From NCBI GenBank assembly GCA_001873435.1, contig MNZB01000003.1, positions 137,789 to 201,788 of the forward strand: a DNA stretch of 64,000 nt. The letters run 5' to 3'. Below, in pieces: positions 58,789 through 64,000 of the stretch. This stretch comes from Candidatus Pacebacteria bacterium CG2_30_36_39. Its GTDB lineage: Bacteria > Patescibacteriota > Microgenomatia > UBA1400 > PJMF01. The notes under the pieces were generated by a model. That model had not been told where the DNA came from and searched no databases. It saw only the letters and a list, made by a program, of their open reading frames with translations. Every line of letters begins with the position of its first letter. Within the stretch, counting starts at the first letter, position 1. The position numbers were made by a program, and so were the translations under genes.

Positions 58789-60547
58789 TGGTGATAGCAA
58801 AGTCTTTTGTTACGACACTTTCACCATTCATGTTGAAAGTGAAATGGAGAGTGTCCTTGGTCGGCAGTGCTCCATGTGTATTATAAACAAAGAGTTGCAA
58901 ACTTAAGGTTTCAAAAGGTAGTAGAGCTTTTATGGCTGTGTCACCAAAAACTCTAACTCCAGAATTATTTGAAGCTAAATCAAAATTTAGGTTATACCAA
59001 GCAGCTCCTGATTTGTTTTTAATTTTAAGATCATAAAAACCAGGCATTCCAATCCAGGTGTTTTTTTGTGGTTCCAAAGTAACTTCAAAATTTGGTTCTT
59101 GTTCTGGAAAGCTTTTGCCAAAGTTTACTTCTAGGGTTTTTTCTTTTTGCTGTTTGTCTGTTTTATATGATCCAGCTGGGTATGGCAAAGTACTTGATTC
59201 TCCATTAATGGCTAGAACAATATGATTAAGATCAAAGTGATTAAAATAATCAACGCCACCAGTAGTATTTTCCCAGGTGGGGTCAATTGGTTGCCAGTTT
59301 TGTTTTTCCTCATTCCAGTATTCTGGCCAGGCATGCAAAATATCATTGCCTAAACTTAGTGGTCGCAAACGACTGTTTTCTGCATAGCCATAACCAGTAA
59401 TTACTCTAGCAGGGATTTTGTTTATTCTAGCTAGGGTTACAAATAAATCGGAGAATTCTTGACAGGCCGCTTGATCTGGTTTTTCTAAAGCCTTAATTGC
59501 TCCTTTGCGCTCCAAATTATCAATAGAATCTATTTGTGCATATTCCAATTGACTAGTAACAAAGTCATAAACTTCTTTTGGACTAGGGTGTTCAGCGGCA
59601 ATTTTCTGTAAGTCAGCATTGTCTGTTTCCCAAAATGGTTGTTTGGCCAAATTAAAAGCTTGGGGATAAGCAATGGGAACCAAAGGATTTTGCTCTAAAG
59701 TTAAAAGTGCTTGAGCTTTAACTTTAACCGCTTGAGCAGTGTTGCCTTGCATATAAAAAGTAGCGATCCAGTTACCATCTTTATCTAGTTTCATTTCGGT
59801 TGGCTCTGGTTCAATGGATGAATAATTCATTCTTTGGAAAGGAGTATCTGGTGGTAAAGCTGTTTGCAATAGAATGGGCTGAGAATTATTGTTTTCTAAA
59901 AAGTAAGTAAAGTTCAAATCATAAATTTGTTCATAACCAAAAAGAGCAGAGACTCCTTGGTCACCCAAATCTCCGAACACCATTTGAACGCCTTTTTCAG
60001 TTAATTTTTGCACATAGTTAGTAGCTGGAGTTACTCTAGTTGCTGAACCAAAGCGAATTGGTGTATTGAGCACAACTTCAATATGTGCATATTTATGAGG
60101 ATCAGCTTGTTTGGGAACTGCTACTTCCAAAACACTGCCGTTGGCTTGAGCAAGATCTGGGTTGGTGTAACTAATGGTAAAAGTTCTTGTTTTGCCTTCA
60201 CCAACCAATTTATCTGGAAAAGTAATACCAATGTTAGTTTGGTTGTCTACCTGAGTAACTTCTGGATCAAGATTTTTGCCATTTTCCATTACTCTCACAC
60301 CAGAAATACTAGTAGAGCTAGTGCGTAGGCCATGCTTAGTAATGTAATAGGTTGGGGTAAGGTTTTTGATGGTAAATGTATGCTCAACGTAAGTAGAGCC
60401 ATTTTCTTGGACGTTGTAAGTACTTTTTAGGGAGTTTTCAAAAGCTTGCTCTGCTTCTATTTGCTCTTGTTGAGCAAGGACTACAGAATTAAAGCCAAAA
60501 AGGCTGATTATGCTAAAAAATAATCCAAGTAATAACTTACGCATCAT
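58670..60547 (-). CDS. Secreted transglutaminase-like cysteine protease/cross-linking enzyme with C-terminal TM anchor
   Basis: Signal peptide. TGase core motifs with intact triad (C in ACQEFSDLFVTLARINKIPARVITGYGY; H in HAWPEYW; D in IDPTWEN). C-terminal hydrophobic helix + RQKR. Confidence 0.6.
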   Translation of the reverse strand: MMRKLLLGLFFSIISLFGFNSVVLAQQEQIEAEQAFENSLKSTYNVQENGSTYVEHTFTIKNLTPTYYITKHGLRTSSTSISGVRVMENGKNLDPEVTQVDNQTNIGITFPDKLVGEGKTRTFTISYTNPDLAQANGSVLEVAVPKQADPHKYAHIEVVLNTPIRFGSATRVTPATNYVQKLTEKGVQMVFGDLGDQGVSALFGYEQIYDLNFTYFLENNNSQPILLQTALPPDTPFQRMNYSSIEPEPTEMKLDKDGNWIATFYMQGNTAQAVKVKAQALLTLEQNPLVPIAYPQAFNLAKQPFWETDNADLQKIAAEHPSPKEVYDFVTSQLEYAQIDSIDNLERKGAIKALEKPDQAACQEFSDLFVTLARINKIPARVITGYGYAENSRLRPLSLGNDILHAWPEYWNEEKQNWQPIDPTWENTTGGVDYFNHFDLNHIVLAINGESSTLPYPAGSYKTDKQQKEKTLEVNFGKSFPEQEPNFEVTLEPQKNTWIGMPGFYDLKIKNKSGAAWYNLNFDLASNNSGVRVFGDTAIKALLPFETLSLQLFVYNTHGALPTKDTLHFTFNMNGESVVTKDFAITNAPNFVQTIAHPYTIFALGGAAILLALGTGSVLVLRQKR

Positions 60548-60593
60548 ACTAAGGCTATATTAGCCAATAAATTTAGTTAATGCTAGATAAGGT

Positions 60594-63572
60594 TTATTTT
60601 TTTTGAGCGGCGAACTCTGATTTGAGATATTGGCCAGTAAAAGAATTTGTAATTTGAGCTAGTTCTTGTGGTGAACCAGTTGCAATGATTTCACCACCAT
60701 ATTCCCCACCCTCTGGTCCCAAATCAATGATCCAGTCGGCATTTTTAATAACATCGAGATTGTGTTCGATTAAAACAACTGTATTATTTTGAGAAACCAA
60801 TTGATGTAAAACAAAAAGTAACTTTTGTACGTCAGCAAAATGTAGACCGGTGGTTGGCTCATCTAATAAGTAAACTACGTGGTCATTGGTGCGTAAACTT
60901 AATTCACGAGCTAATTTAACACGTTGGGCTTCTCCACCACTCAAAGTTGGAGCTGGTTGTCCTAGTTCCAAATATCCCAAACCGACTTCGACTAGGGTTT
61001 GGAGTTTTTGCTTTAAGTTGCTATTGGTTTTGAAAAATTCTAAAGCATCTTCAATGCTTAATTTAAGAATTTCAGCAATGTTTTTGCCCTTGTATAAAAC
61101 TTGTAGTGTTTCTTCATTATATCGTTGGCCATTGCAGACATCACAAGTAACATAAACATCTGGTAAAAACTGCATTTCAATCTTAATTTGTCCATCTCCT
61201 TGGCAGGTTTCACAGCGTCCACCTTTGACGTTAAAACTAAACCTACCGGGATTATAACCACGAATATGAGCTTCTTGGGTATTGGCAAAAATTTTACGAA
61301 TGTAATCAAAAATCTTGGTATAAGTAGCTGGATTGGAGCGAGGTGTTTTGCCAATAGGACTCTGATCAATTAATGAGACTCTACGGACAACATCTGGAAT
61401 CATAACTTGCTGTACTGAGCCAGCATAATTTTCAGTTTTACGTTCCAAGTGTTTCATTAGTTGGTGATAGAGAGTGTCGTGAAGCAAAGTAGATTTGCCG
61501 CTGCCAGAGAGGCCAGTAATACAGTTTAAAGAATTAAGTGGAAAGTCTACGTCAATGTTTTTAAGATTATGATGAGTTGCACCACGAAGCTGAATAGCTC
61601 CAGAGTGACCTTTAACTTTAGCAGTTTCATCTGGGTCAATGATTTTTCTTGTTACTTCTTTTTCTCTAGTTACGTCTTTTTTACGAGATAAGTATTTACC
61701 AGTTATAGAGCTGGGTAATTTCATTATCTCTTCTGGAGTGCCTTCGGCAATGATTGAACCTCCATGTTTGCCAGCTCCAGGTCCAAAGTCAAAAATGTAA
61801 TCAGAAGACAACATTACATCGCGGTCATGTTCAACTACGATAACGGTGTTACCTTGATTTTTGAGGTTTTGTAAAGTTTCAACTAAACGATCATTGTCTC
61901 TAGGATGCAAGCCAATAGTTGGTTCATCTAAAATATATAAAACCCCAGTTAGGCCGGTACCAATTTGTGAGGCTAGGCGAATACGCTGAGCTTCTCCTCC
62001 AGCTAGAGTTGAGGCTTCACGACTGAGTGATAAATAATTCAAACCAACTGAAGTTAAGAAACGAAGACGAGCCACAATTTCTTTTAAGATTGGTTTACTA
62101 ATTTCTATTTCTTTATTAGAAAGTTTCTTTTCTAGTTGTAAGGCATCTGACCAATCTAGTGCGCGCTGAATTGTCATTCCAGTTACATCAGCAATATTTT
62201 TTTGATCGATTTTAACTGCTAGCGAAGCTGGTTTGAGACGAAGGCCTTTACAATCTGGACAAGTTTCTTTGTGCATGAATTGTTCAATTTCCTTGCGGAT
62301 ATAGTCACTGTCTGTTTCTTGATAGCGTCTTTCTAGGTTGGTGATAAAGCCTTCAAATTTTTCTTGGATTAAAGTTTCCTTGCCAAAACGGTTTTCACCA
62401 GTAACGGTATAAATTTTAGGCGAGCCGTAAAGTAAAGTTTTTTGGAATTCTTCACTCATTTCTTCATAGGTGGTTTTGCGGAAGTCATAGCCATTTTCAA
62501 TTACTACTGTTTGGACAAGTCTGGCCCACCAAGTGTCATTGCTCATAGTGCGAGCAAAGGGAATAATGGCTCCTTCGCTAAGAGTTAAACTTGGGGCAAT
62601 GATTTTTTCAGAGTTAACTCTTAAAAGAGATCCAAGTCCATTACAAGTAGCACAGGCTCCTTCTGGTGCGTTGAAAGAAAATATTCTTGGCTCAAGTTCT
62701 TTAATAGAAATCCCGCAATGACTACAAGCTAGTTTTTCACTAAAAAGATAATCTTCCATGTTTTTTGGTTTGTCTGGAAAATTAAGTGAGTCATCATTAA
62801 TGAAACTAGCTACAACTAGACCGGCAGAAAGTTTTAAGGCTTCTTCTATGGTTTGTGATAAACGTGATTTTAGAGTTTTCATTTCTTGTTTGTCGCGGAG
62901 TTGTTTTTTGGAAAAACTCAAGCGATCAAGAATTGCTTCAATAGTGTGTTTATTGGTTTTTAGTAAAGAAATATTTTCATTTAAATCAAAGACTTCTCCA
63001 TCAATACGCACTCTGCTATATCCTTGCTTTTGCAAGTTATTAAACATTGAGGAGAACTCACCTTTGCGATTTTGAATAACTGGAGAAAGGATCATGAATC
63101 GAGTTGGTTGAGCATCAGCTTTTTCTTCCAATTTATTTACGATTTGACCAATAATTTGGTCGATGCTTTGAGTGCTAACTTCACGACCACATTCTGGACA
63201 ATGAGGATGACCAATGCGAGCAAAAAGTAAGCGTAAATAATCATAGATTTCTGTGATGGTGCCAACTGTAGAACGAGGGTTGTGTGAAGTAGTTTTTTGG
63301 TCAATAGAAATAGCTGGAGATAATCCTTGGATTTGGTCAACATCAGGTTTCTGCATGATGCCCAAAAACTGTCTGGCATAAGAACTCAATGATTCCACGT
63401 ATCGACGTTGGCCCTCCGCGTAGAGAGTGTCGAAGGCTAAGGATGTTTTGCCACTGCCAGAAAGGCCGGTAAAAACTACTAGCTGATTTTTAGGAATTGA
63501 GAGCGAGACATTTTTTAAGTTGTGTTCACGAGCTCCAGAGATAATGATGTGGTCCAAAGAAGTTTTAAGCAT
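60594..63572 (-). CDS. uvrA: Excinuclease ABC subunit A
   Basis: Two ABC ATPase modules (GLSGSGKTSLAFDT, GLSGSGKSTL), zinc-finger Cys clusters. 992 aa. Confidence 0.9.
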   Translation of the reverse strand: MLKTSLDHIIISGAREHNLKNVSLSIPKNQLVVFTGLSGSGKTSLAFDTLYAEGQRRYVESLSSYARQFLGIMQKPDVDQIQGLSPAISIDQKTTSHNPRSTVGTITEIYDYLRLLFARIGHPHCPECGREVSTQSIDQIIGQIVNKLEEKADAQPTRFMILSPVIQNRKGEFSSMFNNLQKQGYSRVRIDGEVFDLNENISLLKTNKHTIEAILDRLSFSKKQLRDKQEMKTLKSRLSQTIEEALKLSAGLVVASFINDDSLNFPDKPKNMEDYLFSEKLACSHCGISIKELEPRIFSFNAPEGACATCNGLGSLLRVNSEKIIAPSLTLSEGAIIPFARTMSNDTWWARLVQTVVIENGYDFRKTTYEEMSEEFQKTLLYGSPKIYTVTGENRFGKETLIQEKFEGFITNLERRYQETDSDYIRKEIEQFMHKETCPDCKGLRLKPASLAVKIDQKNIADVTGMTIQRALDWSDALQLEKKLSNKEIEISKPILKEIVARLRFLTSVGLNYLSLSREASTLAGGEAQRIRLASQIGTGLTGVLYILDEPTIGLHPRDNDRLVETLQNLKNQGNTVIVVEHDRDVMLSSDYIFDFGPGAGKHGGSIIAEGTPEEIMKLPSSITGKYLSRKKDVTREKEVTRKIIDPDETAKVKGHSGAIQLRGATHHNLKNIDVDFPLNSLNCITGLSGSGKSTLLHDTLYHQLMKHLERKTENYAGSVQQVMIPDVVRRVSLIDQSPIGKTPRSNPATYTKIFDYIRKIFANTQEAHIRGYNPGRFSFNVKGGRCETCQGDGQIKIEMQFLPDVYVTCDVCNGQRYNEETLQVLYKGKNIAEILKLSIEDALEFFKTNSNLKQKLQTLVEVGLGYLELGQPAPTLSGGEAQRVKLARELSLRTNDHVVYLLDEPTTGLHFADVQKLLFVLHQLVSQNNTVVLIEHNLDVIKNADWIIDLGPEGGEYGGEIIATGSPQELAQITNSFTGQYLKSEFAAQKK

Positions 63573-63650
63573 AATTTTTTTGTCTTAAAAACGAGGAGCT
63601 ATTATACCTCAGATTCGGTTATATTTCGAGTATGGGAGTAGTAAAAAAGA

Positions 63651-64000
63651 TTACTGTTTTAAATCTTGGATTATGTCTCTTAATTCAGCAGCTAATTCAA
63701 AATCAAGATCAACGGCTGCGCGACGCATTTTTAAATCAAGTTTTTTAATATATTGCTCTTTTTCATCAGGGGTTAAGGAGTCTGGTTTGAGATCTTGTAG
63801 ATTAACAAACTCATTTTTTTTGAGTTGGATTACTCTACCCTTTCTTTTATGGGCAGCTATTTCTGTACCTTCCTCATCTTCTTCTTTTAGTAATAGTTTT
63901 TCACGAATTGGTTTTTGAATTCCAGTTGGGGTGATGTTGTATTGTAAGTTGTAAGCGACTTGAACTTCTCGGCGTCTTTGTGTTTCTTCAATAGATTTTC
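63651..64000 (-). CDS. uvrB: Excinuclease ABC subunit B, C-terminal part (gene continues beyond the window end)
   Basis: rc translation ends ...MRRAAVDLDFELAAELRDIIQDLKQ*, the UvrB C-terminal UVR domain. Confidence 0.7.
   Translation of the reverse strand, partial: KSIEETQRRREVQVAYNLQYNITPTGIQKPIREKLLLKEEDEEGTEIAAHKRKGRVIQLKKNEFVNLQDLKPDSLTPDEKEQYIKKLDLKMRRAAVDLDFELAAELRDIIQDLKQ

Noticed and set aside
63673-63918. 81-aa plus-strand ORF at the window end
   Set aside because: The opposite strand encodes the well-supported UvrB C-terminus, so this is a shadow ORF.

Overview
The window looks like a gene-dense, low-GC bacterial chromosome segment, probably from a genome-reduced lineage (Candidate Phyla Radiation / Patescibacteria-like). 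Supporting signs are an unlinked 16S rRNA gene, a shortened trigger factor and PheT, many glycosyltransferases, type IV pilus genes and an rnc/rpsP neighbourhood resembling a collapsed Firmicute-type gene order; this lineage call is an inference. The standard genetic code appears to be used.

Housekeeping content, in order:
- rpmF, nusB, an ACP-like gene, rnc, rpsP and khpA
- a pilM-pilN-pilO pilus-assembly cluster
- recG, tyrS, a class A penicillin-binding protein, an O-antigen-ligase-like gene, pheST, and infC-rpmI-rplT
- tRNA-Val, trigger factor, gap, pyrH, a FemAB-family gene, pcrA/uvrD and tpiA
- a ~11 kb glycosylation/envelope island (31.3-42.6 kb)
- lon and transporters
- tRNA-Ile and a stand-alone 16S rRNA gene
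- mnmA and uvrC, uvrA and part of uvrB

The most unusual content:
1. An AT-rich two-gene module beside tRNA-Val, driven by a perfect consensus promoter. It encodes a 1000-aa orphan protein whose C-terminus looks like the uncharacterised PcfJ-like family.
2. A three-gene cassette of a 7TM protein, a RimK-like ATP-grasp ligase and a QEGLA/DUF1704 HExxH protein. A separately encoded, catalytically intact, surface-anchored transglutaminase-like protein lies nearby.
3. An ACP homologue whose phosphopantetheine-attachment Ser is replaced by Met, sitting where the fab/acpP cluster should be.
4. A 16S gene separated from tRNA-Ile by an intrinsic terminator, with no 23S, and with mismatches at universal primer sites.

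All calls are by-eye motif recognition; no searches were run.
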